64,000 nt of DNA, taken from assembly GCA_037379345.1 (NCBI GenBank), contig CM074518.1:18848001-18912000 (forward strand). Direction: 5' to 3'. Source of the DNA: Perna viridis. Its lineage: Eukaryota. The first letter of the stretch is position 1; every line of letters begins with the position of its first letter. A program made the position numbers and the translations under genes. Shown here in pieces: positions 41,440 to 53,598 of this stretch. The notes below the pieces were generated by a model. That model had not been told where the DNA came from, ran no database searches, and worked only from the letters and a program-made list of their open reading frames with translations.

Positions 41440-43190
41440 TGTAGGTTAAATGGCAAGTTAAATGAATGGAAATTAATCACGGATAATCAATACATACTGA
41501 GCATTATAGAATCTGGTTATAGAATACCATTTAAAATTGAGCCTAAAGCAGAACATATAAAAAACAGCGGATAGATAAGTCGGCTGTTTTAGAATATGAT
41601 TTTGTTTGTTCTGAGGTAATTTGTTTACAGAAAAAGGGTTGTGTAAAAGAGGTTCATTTAAAGCCAAGAGTCATTAATCCCTTGACAGTAGCCCATAACA
41701 AGTCAGGTAAACCTAGACTCATGTTAGGATTTTCCTGGAATTTTGGTAGTCAGACAAAATACTTCGTGTCCATAGCTTTATCTTTTAGTTTATCAACAGC
41801 TGGTTATATTTTTACCAAGGTTTTAAGAGAGTTGTTAAAGATATAAGATCTAAAAGCATGAAAAATCATGTTTCTAGACGATGGTCTAGGGGGAGAGAAA
41901 AGCAATGATGAAGCTTTAAAGTCTAGTAATGACGTGAAGGAACTGTTAGAGAATTTAGGGTTTTTAATTGCATATGACAAATGTCACTGGGATCCATGCC
42001 AAAAGCTAGATTGGTTAGGTTACACTTGGGATTTTAAGATTGGTGTAATGTTTGTAAAAGAGGAGAGAATTAGAAAGTTCGAAAATCAAGTTAAGTATTT
42101 GTTGGAACAGTTAAGTTCCGGAAAAGTTTTAATCCATGCAAGATTTTTGGCAAGCATTGTGGGGCAACTCATTTCTATGTACGTCTTTTAGGCGATTCAG
42201 TCTGCTTCAGGACGAGATTTTTGTATGATTGTGTATTAGCCAGGGCAAGCTGGTTAGCTTGTGTAAAATTTACACCAGAGGCTATATCCAAATTGATTTT
42301 TTGGGACCAAAATTGCATGATTATGAATAAGAAAGGCGCTAGCATATGCACTTTACAAACCATTCATGTTTTTGATGACGAGTGTTTTTGTGATGCCTCA
42401 GATGTAGGCTTTGGTGGTTATTGTTGTACACAAGATTCTCAATTTGAGAATTCTGAAATTTGTGGTAATTGGACTCAATCTAAGAGTCTAGAGAGTTCCA
42501 CTTGGAGGGAATTAGGGTGCATAAATATGGTAATGTTTAGTCTACATAAAGACAAATGTAATAAAGTTATTAGCCTGCATACAGACAGTAAAAATGCTGA
42601 GCGAATTCTGAAGACAGGTCATAAGAAATTAAAGCTACATAACATAGCCAATGATGTTCAATGTTTTTGTTTCCAAAGAAATTTACAATTGGTTACTAAA
42701 TGGATACCTAGAGATGAAAATGAGCATGCTGATGCGTTGACTAGGTCATTAGATCCTGACGATTGGAGTATCGCTTATTCCATGTTTTGTTTGTTAACAA
42801 AAATGTGGGAAAAATGCACCGTAGACAGATTTGCAACACATTATAACAATCAATTACAGTGTTTCAACGGTAAGATATGGTACCCAGGTACAGAAGCAGT
42901 GGGTGCTTTTAATCAGTTTTGGGGTAATGAGAAAAATTGGCTCGTGACTCTACCAAGTATGGTGTCAAGGGTTGTGAACAAAATACAAACAGACAAAGCA
43001 CAAGGAATTTTGGTAGTTCCTTTGTGGAGATCGGCTCTATAATGGCCTGTTATTCAGACAAAAGGCAAGTTTGTTAAATTTGTTCAAGACACTTATACTT
43101 TACCTAGGTATTGCACAGTAAAGGGTGCTGGTTAAAACGGTATAATTGTTGATAGTTCAAAGCATGTTACAATGATTGCTTTAAAGGTAG
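41440..43190 (+). pseudogene. RT-RNaseH-MT ORF of the YR retrotransposon (disrupted)
   Basis: W..I....YILSIIESGYRIPF, PLTVAHNKSGKPRL, YIFTKVLR, MFLDDGLG, WLGYTWD, then RNase H and MT motifs, with several stops and frameshifts. Confidence 0.9.
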
Positions 43191-43202
43191 TATCTGATAA
43201 GA

Positions 43203-44172
43203 TTGTTTGCCTTACTTGCAGGAATAGGACTCATACAACATGTGGAGACAGCAGTGACTTCTAATGGTCTTCAGTACAATCATGACTTATTTCAGTTGAC
43301 CACCAAGATGCCCAAATACATGTCAGACTCACAAAGTTTAAATACTAACAAGCAATACTTTTCCAGATTCAACAATGGTCCAAATTTATTTTAAAACAGA
43401 GTTTGAGTGCTTTACCGGCGGATCCCATCCATGTTGCACTTTATGTTACTCATTTAATTGATAAAAACAGTTCCTCAAATGTAATAAATACTGTGATTTA
43501 TGCTTTAAAATGGGTACATGAGTTGAATGGGTTACCCGATCCCATTTGAATTCTTTTGTCACCTCTTTACAAGAGTCTGCAAAAAGGTTACAGGGTAAAC
43601 AAGTTTGTAAAAAGGAACCAGTAACCTGTGATATTATCTTAGATTTATTTTTGAAATGTGGTCATTCAGATGATCTTTAAGTGTTAAGAGATTTAGAGAT
43701 GATTGTGCAGTTTTTCTGTTTGTTTTTACGTTTCGATGAAATCAGTTCTTTAAAATGTAATGAGATTTTTGTCACTGATGATTATTTTAAAAAAAAATTA
43801 TTAGTCAGTCTAAAACAGATCAGTACAGAAAATGAAATGAAATTCTTACATCTAAGGGAAATACTATAGCATGTCTGGTTACTACCTATATACAGACATA
43901 AAGACGTTGCCAAACTTATTCACAAAAATAAGAAAATGAGTTACACAGCTGCTAGAGAGAACATTTTGAAAAGGTTGAAGACTATAGCTCCGTCTCTGAA
44001 CTTAGGTTTCCATTCTTTACGATCAGGTGGTGCTACAATGGCTGCTCATTCAAATGTAAACGAGCATTGTATTAAGAGGCATGGACGCTGGAAGCCCAAT
44101 TGGAGCAAAGATGGATATATAGATGATACTTTTGAAAAGAGATTATCAGTTTCTCAGTCTTTAGGTTTATGA
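43203..44172 (+). pseudogene. Tyrosine recombinase ORF (disrupted)
   Basis: N-terminal core-binding region (LPADPIHVALY), catalytic R (LRFDE), SKTDQY, HSLR, HGRW and Y; frameshifts and stops present. Confidence 0.9.
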
Positions 44173-44199
44173 ATCTTTTATCCTGACTTCCCTTTCTTT

Positions 44200-44283
44200 G
44201 TGTTTTCTCTAGTTGTCTGGGCATACCGCAATATGATATATTGTTTTTTACTGATAAGATGATGAATTTAGTATAGTTAATAC
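44200..44283 (+). repeat. Split direct repeat B1
   Basis: TCTAGTTGTCTGGGCATACCGCAATATGATATATTGTTTTTT...GTATAGTTAATAC, repeated at 44692-44770. Confidence 0.9.
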
Positions 44284-44375
44284 TGAAATTTTCCTGCATT
44301 TCATCGAATAGTGGGAAGTATTTATATTAAAGGTGCGTCTGATTTGTCATTTGACTCAAGGATTTAGTCAGTTTC
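44284..44375 (+). repeat. Split direct repeat A2
   Basis: Copy of A1 that directly abuts B1. Confidence 0.92.
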
Positions 44376-44691
44376 GTTTTGTACATTTATTTTCCCTTTG
44401 ATGTTATATCTGAAAAAAAAATACTGTCCAAAGTAATTCTCTTGAGACGGTCTTCCGAGCATAGGGTTTTGGACACAGGTTTCCAACATTTTCTTTCCAC
44501 ATTTTGGTAATAGTGGTTGGTTTTTCCTGGCCATCGGGATCATTAAAGACAGAATTTCCTTTTGGTATTACACATGATTGAGGTGTTTGGATTTTTTTTA
44601 ATGCCTATTGTTTTCATCGTAATGAGTCATTACATTTTGTATATTATTATATTGTTAAACTGTCTTATTATGACTTGCATAATAAACTCAG

Positions 44692-44770
44692 GTGTCCTTC
44701 TAGCTGTCTGGGCATACGGCAATCTGATATATTGTTTTTTTATTGATAATGAATTAAGTATAGTTAATAC
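44692..44770 (+). repeat. Split direct repeat B2 (3' end of the element)
   Basis: Copy of B1 ending GTATAGTTAATAC. Confidence 0.9.
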
Positions 44771-45246
44771 ATACCCCAATACAGTGTCACATTATTATTG
44801 CATAAATATAGTTTACTTAGAGTATAGAGTATCTTCTCCTAAAAATACTTCACTTTCAATTAAAGAATCATCATAATAACGTTACTTTTTTTTCAAAGAA
44901 GTAAATAAGTAAATCTTTGGACAATTTTACCTGAATAAGATGGTCACCAGATTTTGCAACAAAACTCATAGACTTGTTGAATGGTAGAACTTTTGCACAA
45001 CAACAGTAAGATTTAAAAAGCCACATATAAATACTGCATCTCTTCATGAGAAAACATAGAAATGGTCTGCTTTTGATCATTTGGTGGAAATAATACTCTT
45101 TCCAACTAATTGGCTCAGGAATCAGTAAGATTTGTGAGCTAACTAATTTTGTTAAGGCTAAATGCGGCCTAATACTGTTTGCAGAAAATGTCATATCCCT
45201 GCCATGTAATACAATCATCAATATGTCCAGTCAATAAAACCCTTAC

Positions 45247-45273
45247 CTTCATGATTGTCACATATCTCAAATT
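45247..45273 (-). CDS. Candidate 27-nt microexon of the minus-strand gene
   Basis: ATTTTGCTGAATTTTAG|AATTTGAGATATGTGACAATCATGAAG|GTAAGG; open in phase 0 (NLRYVTIMK). Confidence 0.45.
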
Positions 45274-47079
45274 CTAAAATTCAGCAAAATCCAACATCCA
45301 GGAAATTTATGGATATGTAAAGAATTTCAAATCCAATTATCAAATGTTTGTGACGTATGTTGGTTTTATGCCCATACATTTTTCTTTATTTTCATTTAGG
45401 CTTTGTGACACTGGGGATAAATTAAATAAAGAGCTGTACTAAGATTTTTGCACAGATAGGCAATTTCAAGATATTAGTACCAGTTTTCCTCATGTATCTT
45501 TTTCATGAAAGAAGTTTTATGTCATAATGATCCACACAATGAGTCAATTTACAGACGTACAACTATGTCTCTGCAACCTTCTGAAAGCTTTAACTATATA
45601 GTAGACTGGATCAATCAATCATAAAATGCTTCATTTCCAAGTTTAATTGTATCAGGCCATACCAAAGTAATGTATAACTGAAATCCCCTGGAGGAGGACT
45701 ACTTCATATACATTTCATCTGCCTAACTCAGTACCCCACCTTTATCATATATTGTTATAGGAAAAAGCACACCTATAACCATACAGACTTGTTCATGCTT
45801 GCTGAAAAAAATAACTTGACTGGCAGTGAACCTGGACATAACATATTCCCACCTTTATACACCTACTTCAGCCTTATCATATATTACATCAAAATCACAT
45901 TATATATTGCAAGTTAACCCTACCTTTATCTTGATAAAAAAAAACTTCAGACTAAGGTTTGCTTTTGCTTTGACAGAGTTAAAGATTCTGTAATTAATTG
46001 AAATAATAGAAAACATTTGTTTTTTAGTTTGAGAATTCAGTTCCAAAATATACAAGACACAATTAAAACAAATAATATCAAAAAAGACAATAAGCTTCAT
46101 TTTAGAATCTGATGTAGTAAAGAAAAAGATGAAAATTTACAAATTAACTATATATGGCCTCAGAAAAAACTCTTTCATGCAAATGAGGAATAGCTTGTAA
46201 AGCCAAAGCAATCTATTCCTGACTCTATATGAATGAAGTAATACAATAATACAGAAATAGAGACAATTGCTGCAATTAAGAGTCAATGGATGATTGGTAT
46301 TTTTATTACAAAAATGGCTGTAGTATGATTGAATTGATGAATAATAAAACCTAATAGAGAGCGACCATAAGAGTATCAGTTTTTTACTGTATTTATTATT
46401 TCACAGTAATGAAATCATACTGTCACAATTAATACATGACAGGGACTACTATTCTAGGTATTCTACAACAAAAACTAGAATTCTGAAAGTCAGAAAGGCC
46501 CTGTCCCCAATAAAGGGTTTACAAAGTTATGTATCACCTTCATAATTAACATTTCCTTGATATTCTTATTTAGATTATCAGATTAGTTTTTGGATTATTT
46601 ACTATGTAAGTATTCAAAGATTTTGAGCCCAATAAAAAGCTCTGATTTTTAAAATCAGTAATTTCGTATTAAAAATGAAATTTTGACAGAAGCTATACCA
46701 GTATACTCAATTTACATAAATATTTCACTGTTATTCACCATCTGACTATCCATTTTTTATGTATAAATTTACTAGAGTAATACCATTTTTATATTGTATA
46801 TATTTCCTATCTTTTACAAGATATGAGAGAAACTAATACCATATTGTCTGTAGCTAAAATCACTTACATAGTAGTGAAAGTGAAAATAGGCAATTTTAAT
46901 GAAATTAAGGATTTCAATGGGCTCCCTTTAAATAATCTAAAGTGATAATAATACATAATGCATGGTTCCCTTCTTATACTAATCACTATAGTATAAAATA
47001 CCCTCATAATTTCTGTTATGTCATACCTGTAGCTTGTATCATTCACGGAAATCAATGCAATTAAACACTAGCCCCCTCT

Positions 47080-47187
47080 ATGTACCTTTAACTCAATGCA
47101 AACCTCCACAATGTACCTTTAACTCAATGCAAACCTCCACAATGAACCTTTAACTCAATGCAAACCCTCACAATGTACCTTTAACTC
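47080..47187. repeat. 31-bp tandem repeat, ~3.5 copies
   Basis: ATGTACCTTTAACTCAATGCAAACCTCCACA repeated. Confidence 0.9.
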
Positions 47188-47333
47188 ACAATAGCTATTG
47201 TTATGTATCACTATTACTATTTGTGATTAAGAATTCAATTTTTTTAGAATATGCATTTTACATTTCAATTTTTTATCATAATTTCAGGAAACTTTTTGGA
47301 TATCCATGTATTCTACTAAGACTTTTTTCCCAT

Positions 47334-48164
47334 GTAATTCTCATGTGTCATTACCCAGAATTAAGAACATGTTAAAATTACATATGTTCACTTCAACAAT
47401 CCCCCCCCTATTTAAAGTAATTCTCATATGTCATTACCCAGAATTAAGAACATGTTAAAATTACATATGTTCACTTCAACACTCCCCCCCTATTTAAAGT
47501 AATTCTCATATGTCATTACCCAGAATTAAGAACATGTTAAAATTACATATGTTCACTTCAACACTCCCCCCCCTATTTAAAGTAATTCTCATATGTCATT
47601 ACCCAGAATTAAGAACATGTTAAAATTACATATGTTCACTTCAACACTCCCCCCCCTATTTAAAGTAATTCTCATATGTCATTACCCAGAATTAAGAACA
47701 TGTTAAAATACATATGTTCACTTCAACACTCCCCCTCTATTTAAAGTAATTCTCATATGTCATTACCCAGAATTAAGAACATGTTAAAATACATGTGTTC
47801 ACTTCAACACTCCCCCCCCCTATTTAAAGTAATTCTCATATGTCATTACCCAGAATTAAGAACATGTTAAAATTACATATGTTCACTTCAACACTACCCC
47901 CCTATTTAAAGTAATTCTCATATGTCATTACCCAGAATTAAGAACATGTTAAAATACATGTGTTCACTTCAACACTCCCCCCCTATTTAAAGTAATTCTC
48001 ATATGTCATTACCCAGAATTAAGAACATGTTAAAATACATATGTTCACTTCAACACTCCCCCCTATTTAAAGTAATTCTCATATGTCATTACCCAGAATT
48101 AAGAACATGTTAAAATTACATGTGTTCACTTCAACACTCCCCCTATTTAAAGTAATTCTCATAT
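47334..48164. repeat. Minisatellite, ~80-83-bp unit, ~10 copies
   Basis: Unit GTAATTCTCATATGTCATTACCCAGAATTAAGAACATGTTAAAATTACATATGTTCACTTCAACACT(C)nTATTTAAA; copies are nearly identical apart from poly-C length. Confidence 0.97.
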
Positions 48165-48730
48165 TTTAAAGCTGAGACATAAGAAAATGTTAATCATTAT
48201 TTTCAGAATTTTCTCCTTCAGCAGCACAAGGCAATTACAGTTAAGAATAAGCTTTAACATAATTGCCTTGTAAAAAGTCAATCAATTCCTGCTGAGAAAC
48301 ATGACAAGATGAGAAAGATTCTCCGACATTTCCTAAAGACAGTATATCCTGTTAGACCCTCTACCTATTTCCTGCTGTAAGCAAAGCGAACAAGTACAAA
48401 TCTAAAACAACTCTATACTTCCCCCAATAGAGTAAAAACTACAATACAATTATATCACTACAGCTATAATGTAATAAGGGATGGATGCAAATGTGTTGTG
48501 CAATCATCATTTCAAAGCTTAATGAAGTCCATCCTTAATACCAATGTAAAGATCATTGTGTGAATATGAGTATCCATTGTGCAAAAGATAAAGTTCCATA
48601 ACTAAGATAGTTCAATGTGTAATTAGATTAAGTATATCAAATATCCTATATTAGACTAGCTATAATAAGTCAGGATGTAGGGCAACTAGCCTTTTATGAC
48701 AATAATAGCCAAATCAGGATGGGTTTTCAC

Positions 48731-49262
48731 AAACAAAAGACTCCAGGAGCCTGAATCACTCATCTGGTCAAAACTGTCAAAAGCAAGAACTCTAACAAGG
48801 AATTGTTCAAACAATTTGGACTAAAAGAAGACTTTGGTAGGACTTATCATTAGGATCATTTCAGCCAGCACTCCACAGTATTGTAGAACTGCCTAATTTT
48901 GGTCTTGTAATCTGATGCCTTGTAACATTTATCACTTTAAAAACCTGTCAAGCATCTGTAGATCTATATATCTAGAAATAGCTCAAACCAAGGCCTTCAG
49001 AATGCAGTAAAAATTTTCTGGAAAAAATTTACCCACAACAAATAGGGTTACCATAGAAACCATGCAAAAATATGCGAAAATTAGCAAAAAAGTTGATAAA
49101 TTCAGGATAAAATATATCAAATTTCCTGGAAAAAATTTACCCACAACAAATAGAAACCATGCAAAAATATGCGAAAATTTGCAAAAAAGTTGATAAATTC
49201 AGTTGACGACGACAACAGACACAAAGTGATGGCAATAGCTCACATGGCTTTCAGGCTAAAAA
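48731..49262 (+). mobile_element. Helentron-associated non-autonomous element (HINE/pearl-like) remnant
   Basis: Starts AAACAAAAGACTCCAGGAGCCTGAATCACTCATCTG, has an internal tandem duplication (~49013-49202), and ends GACGACGAC...AATAGCTCACATGG...GCTAAAAA. Similar end modules occur near 29770, 55617, 61262, 61476 and 63575. Confidence 0.5.
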
Positions 49263-50805
49263 ATGAAAAAAAAATCTAAAAATGAGAATTTCCTGTCAAA
49301 TCTTAAAGTTTTTCCTCTACTTTTTTTTTTAAGTATTACTCAATTAAAGTCACTGACAATGTTCAAAATTTGATTGAGGAAGGATTTGAGAAAAATTTTA
49401 TGAACCCAGTGCTCACTGGGGTTTTGAGGACAAAGGTGTGAATTCCATGTAAAAAAAATATGATTCTCCTCATTTTTTGAAGACCACTAGAAACATGATG
49501 ATATTGCAATGGGCTTGACACAGAAGTTGTGCACAACCTACGTTTATGATGTTCAGTCCTCTAGAATCATGAACTCAGATATTGTGTTGTTTTGAATATG
49601 TAAAGGTATTGAACACCACCATTACATTTTTAATAAAAAAAATCCATAATATTCAACAATCTGCCACTTAAACCATATCCACTATCAGCATGTGGTCTAA
49701 CTTTCCCCAGGAGAACTGATTTATTCCATAATCAAAGGAGTTACTGTCAAAACTTGATGGATTCTCACATTGATTTTATCTTTGAACATAACAAGTACTG
49801 AACAAATATGAACTAAACTGATTTATACATTGTCATAGAAAAGAAATGGTTATGGTGGCTGTCAGATACCAGATTTGATCAAAATTACAGATTGTTGTAT
49901 TCTCAACCTCATTAAATGACCAGAGACCTGCATTCAGTTATGACAAAGGTACAGCCTGAATGGGGTAGCTAAAATGTATCACAAGAAACCAAGGCTACAA
50001 CATGCTTGCAAAAGAAACTAACCAAAATAACTCTCCCCCCCCCTTTTCTGTGCTACAAAAGACTTCCACATTGATTTGGCCTTGCCTACACCACCGGCAG
50101 TTATTATATAAGCATGAAAACCAATCACTATGAACAGTGTGAAATTTTCACTGTATTTTTATTTTCCAAGTGAGAACAGTAGCTCAAAAATTTAACTGAC
50201 ATAAATACTCTCTTAGAAAAACATCACAATACCATTTGAGAAACAATCACAAATTCAAAACTGTGTAACTGTAGATTGATCACGGGAAAACTAAAAAGAA
50301 TAAGGAGTTTTCATATATATTACGGAAATAATACTGATTCTAAAGATTCTCCAAGGAGAATTTCTATCAATTAGTTGTGTAAACTAACAACCCTTGATGA
50401 CATTTATGATCCTTCAACTTAAAAGCATTACAAAAAATAAACTTAAGTGAGTTTCCAGCTCAAAGATATAATTTACTCAAACTTGTCTGATATTTCCCTT
50501 TCAAAACTTCTCGCCACCAGTGATATCCTTCATTAGGGAATGTAAAACATTTATGTCAACAGATCAGCCACAAGAAATATTACAATTTAACGCCAACTGA
50601 TACAATCTGTGAGAGTTATTTACATTTATCATAACTCTTGGTTTCATAAAATGATGATTTAAGAAATCAATGAAGTATTCTGTAAAGAAGAATTAAGGAT
50701 GGTCTTTGCAGCAGTGAAATCGTTGTTGTCTTCAAAGACCAATGAATCATATCTTATGTTTTGAAAGTATAACAGACATGTCCCTAAAGAAAAGGATTAC
50801 CATAA

Positions 50806-51029
50806 GGCCAAAATAAAAAATATCCATGATTCTAATCCCTCTTGACTTGATTTTTATCACCCTCCCCAAAATATTTTATTTTGATCTTTTTGCCCAATTT
50901 AGATCAAGTTCTTTCTGAATGACAGCATTGTTCACTAAAATTAATAAAAGAGAAAAAACAAAATTTGCCTGCCCAACCCAAAATTTGAACAAAACTGTAT
51001 GACAATCTAGGAATTTTTCTATAATGGCC
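50806..51029. mobile_element. PIF/Harbinger-like MITE
   Basis: GGCCA...TGGCC termini flanked by TAA on both sides. Confidence 0.5.
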
Positions 51030-51283
51030 TAATATAAGACTTATTCAGTCAGGTAATGGAACAATTAATTTTTCAATAAATGCTAACATAGTAGCTTTGA
51101 AATTTATCGCAACAGAATATTAACTTGGCTATTCAAAACTTAATATAAATCTGATGCACATATGCTTGTGTAATTCATCTGCTAAAGCTAATAAATGATT
51201 GGGATTAGATGGGGGTATGGGTCAGAAAAAAAAGACAAAAACAAAAGAGACCAACAACTGAGAAGCATACCAAGAAAGTAATA

Positions 51284-51470
51284 CAGTGAACTCTTGATAT
51301 ATCACCACCTTTGGGAGCAGGCCAAGTTTAGGTGATATCTGAGGGTGGTGATTGATCAAGGAAATATTTGTATAGAAACTATAGTAATTTTGGAAGAAGA
51401 GACCCCAAAAAAGTGTGGTTATAAGTGAGGGACTACCATTAGAAAGGGGCAGTATAACAAGGGTTCCCTG
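51284..51470. mobile_element. Tc1/mariner (pogo/Tigger-like) MITE
   Basis: TIR CAGTGAACTCTTG / CAAGGGTTCCCTG; TA on the left flank, CA on the right. Confidence 0.55.
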
Positions 51471-53197
51471 CACATGTATGTCATATTAATACCCAATATT
51501 AAAGCAATTTTGGGTGTGAGTCATACACATGTAGAGAGAGAAGTCCCTGAACTGAAAATCTACATTTACTTACATGTTTTTGAGAAACTGGAAAAGCCAT
51601 TTCTTGTCAAAGTTTGACATTTATAAACAACTAAGTATGCTTCACCAAACCAAAATCAATCCCAATATTCTAGCATTTATACCATTGTACACACTGCAAA
51701 GGTGCTAATAACAGTATATTCACACCTATTCATTGAATTATTATGCATTCAACAAAGATACAACTGAACTAGTGGGAAAACCAACAATTTTCAATGAAAC
51801 AATTCACTGTAAAATTGAATCTTTCTGGAAAATGCAGACAATTTGTGGTAAAAATTTTACAAACGGTGTTGTTTAAAAGTGTTTCCAATGCAATCTTTAC
51901 AGTTTAATTCAACAAGGGCTAGGAAATATACCACATTTCTGGACATAAAACTGCTACTATGCTGGGCTGGAGCAGAATATCATACCAAAGTACCCCCAAA
52001 ATAATTTTGAAATAATATGCAATAAGGTACTGCCATAGTATCCTTCATGTTGTTGCAGATAAATGCCTATAGTCAGTGATTTTTTAACATATTTTAAAAG
52101 GTGCCTGTGCTTTTCAATTTTTTGGGAAAAAAATCGAAATATATTATAACAAACATGTCAAACTGAATAAAATCAGCAGCAGGATTTTAGAAATTCTGAG
52201 AAAAACTATTATGGTTTGGCATTGAGAAACAGCCTTAATAATTTTTGATCTATTTCATATATTGAAAAACCACTGTACAAAAGAGTCAAAATCAGACTAG
52301 ACTACTGGTAAATTAGGGAGAGTAGTCATAGAATAGAAACAAATTTACTACAGACCAAAAAATCAAACTAAACCTATTATCCAAAGTAACATTATCGTGT
52401 TAAGGAGTTCCATCAACTGTTTGTGTTACAATGTAAGGAAGAGCCTCGTAATGATTTTGTCTGAAGTTCAACAAGTCTCACAACAAACCTAAATCTATGC
52501 CCTGTTAATTTAAATCACCTTAAATGCCAGTGAGTTCTAAATTTTCCAATTCCTAAGTAAAAATTAGATATCATACAACTCTACTTAAGTATAAGGTACT
52601 TGAGCACAAAATATGCATCCACTACCAGCCCACTACCAACATTTTCCCTAGTATAACTTGATTTTCACATGAGAAATTCAAATGGGTCAATGACAGAAAT
52701 GGTCAAGAGGCTGTAAGGTAGGTCAATAGATAAAAGTGCAACACACCTGAAATCACATTCCATGATATGGGACCCCATACTGAAGTTATGTCCCAAATGT
52801 CTAGTGGCTGTGATTTATAGTTGCTGAGAATTAAGTTACAAAAATATTTTCCTTGTCTGCCCGCTTGCCATTCACCATTTAATAAGCTGATTTACATGGG
52901 TATGAAAAAAAACAGTCCTAGTCCTAAATAAATTTCTGATTGACTCCAGTCTAATATAAGATTTGACTCTTAATCAAAACATTAAGGTTTGGAAACAGAG
53001 ACTACGGATCAATGACATCATAGTACAAAATAAGTTTATACAAAAATTTTGAAAATAATCTAACCCAACAATTTAGAAGGCTTTTAACAATTCAAGTTGT
53101 TCAATTTTTGTCTCTATCCTACATTAGAATTTTATTTGTTTTAGAGGTGCATTGAATGAATTCTGATAATTTAAGTTCTTCTGTATCACTGTAACTA

Positions 53198-53540
53198 TAG
53201 GGTATGTAAGTCTCGTCATGTGACTCCGTGGTTTCATGAGAATGGGTCCTCGTCTACCATTCAAATGCATGGAAATTCGTCATTAACATAGCATTGAGTT
53301 TAAATATAAAAAGCAAAATATCTTTTTTTGTAAAAATACTGATAAAAAATGACAAATGTCTTGTTCTATAGGATGAAAATGTTAAGAAAACATAAAATAG
53401 AAGATTTTGCATTGTGATGCAGCGTTTCGATTTCCCGAAAGTAAACAATAAAATGAAGATCAGTCTTTGGATTTCAATACATTCTACCATCGGAAATTCC
53501 AAAAGCATAACTAAAACTAGAACGATACTTACAAACCCTA
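53198..53540. mobile_element. MITE with TAGGG termini
   Basis: TIR TAGGGTATGTAAGTCTCGT / ACGATACTTACAAACCCTA (2 mismatches); CpG-richer interior; no clear TSD. Confidence 0.6.
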
Positions 53541-53598
53541 TTGGGCCTAGCTGCCTGATTCTTACATAGATCTATACACATGTACTAAACTCTTTTAA

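Larger units (their letters stand above)
40487..44770 (+). mobile_element. Degenerate, end-complete tyrosine-recombinase retrotransposon (DIRS order, PAT-like: split direct repeats plus methyltransferase domain)
   Basis: Order is gag with decayed CCHC knuckle, RT (FLDDG), RNase H (CDAS, SSTWREL, TDSKN, WIPRDENEHADAL), MT-like domain (VDRFA, WYPGTEAV.AF...W) and YR (LRFDE, HSLRSGGAT, HGRW, GY). Repeats are arranged A1...B1-A2..B2. Confidence 0.95.

Noticed and set aside
40487-44770. Classification as Ngaro, DIRS1-like or LTR element
   Set aside because: The MT-like domain argues against Ngaro, direct rather than inverted termini argue against DIRS1-like, and there is no integrase or TSD as an LTR element would have.
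47334-48164. CRISPR-like array
   Set aside because: The units are contiguous with no unique spacers, the context is eukaryotic, and there are no cas genes.
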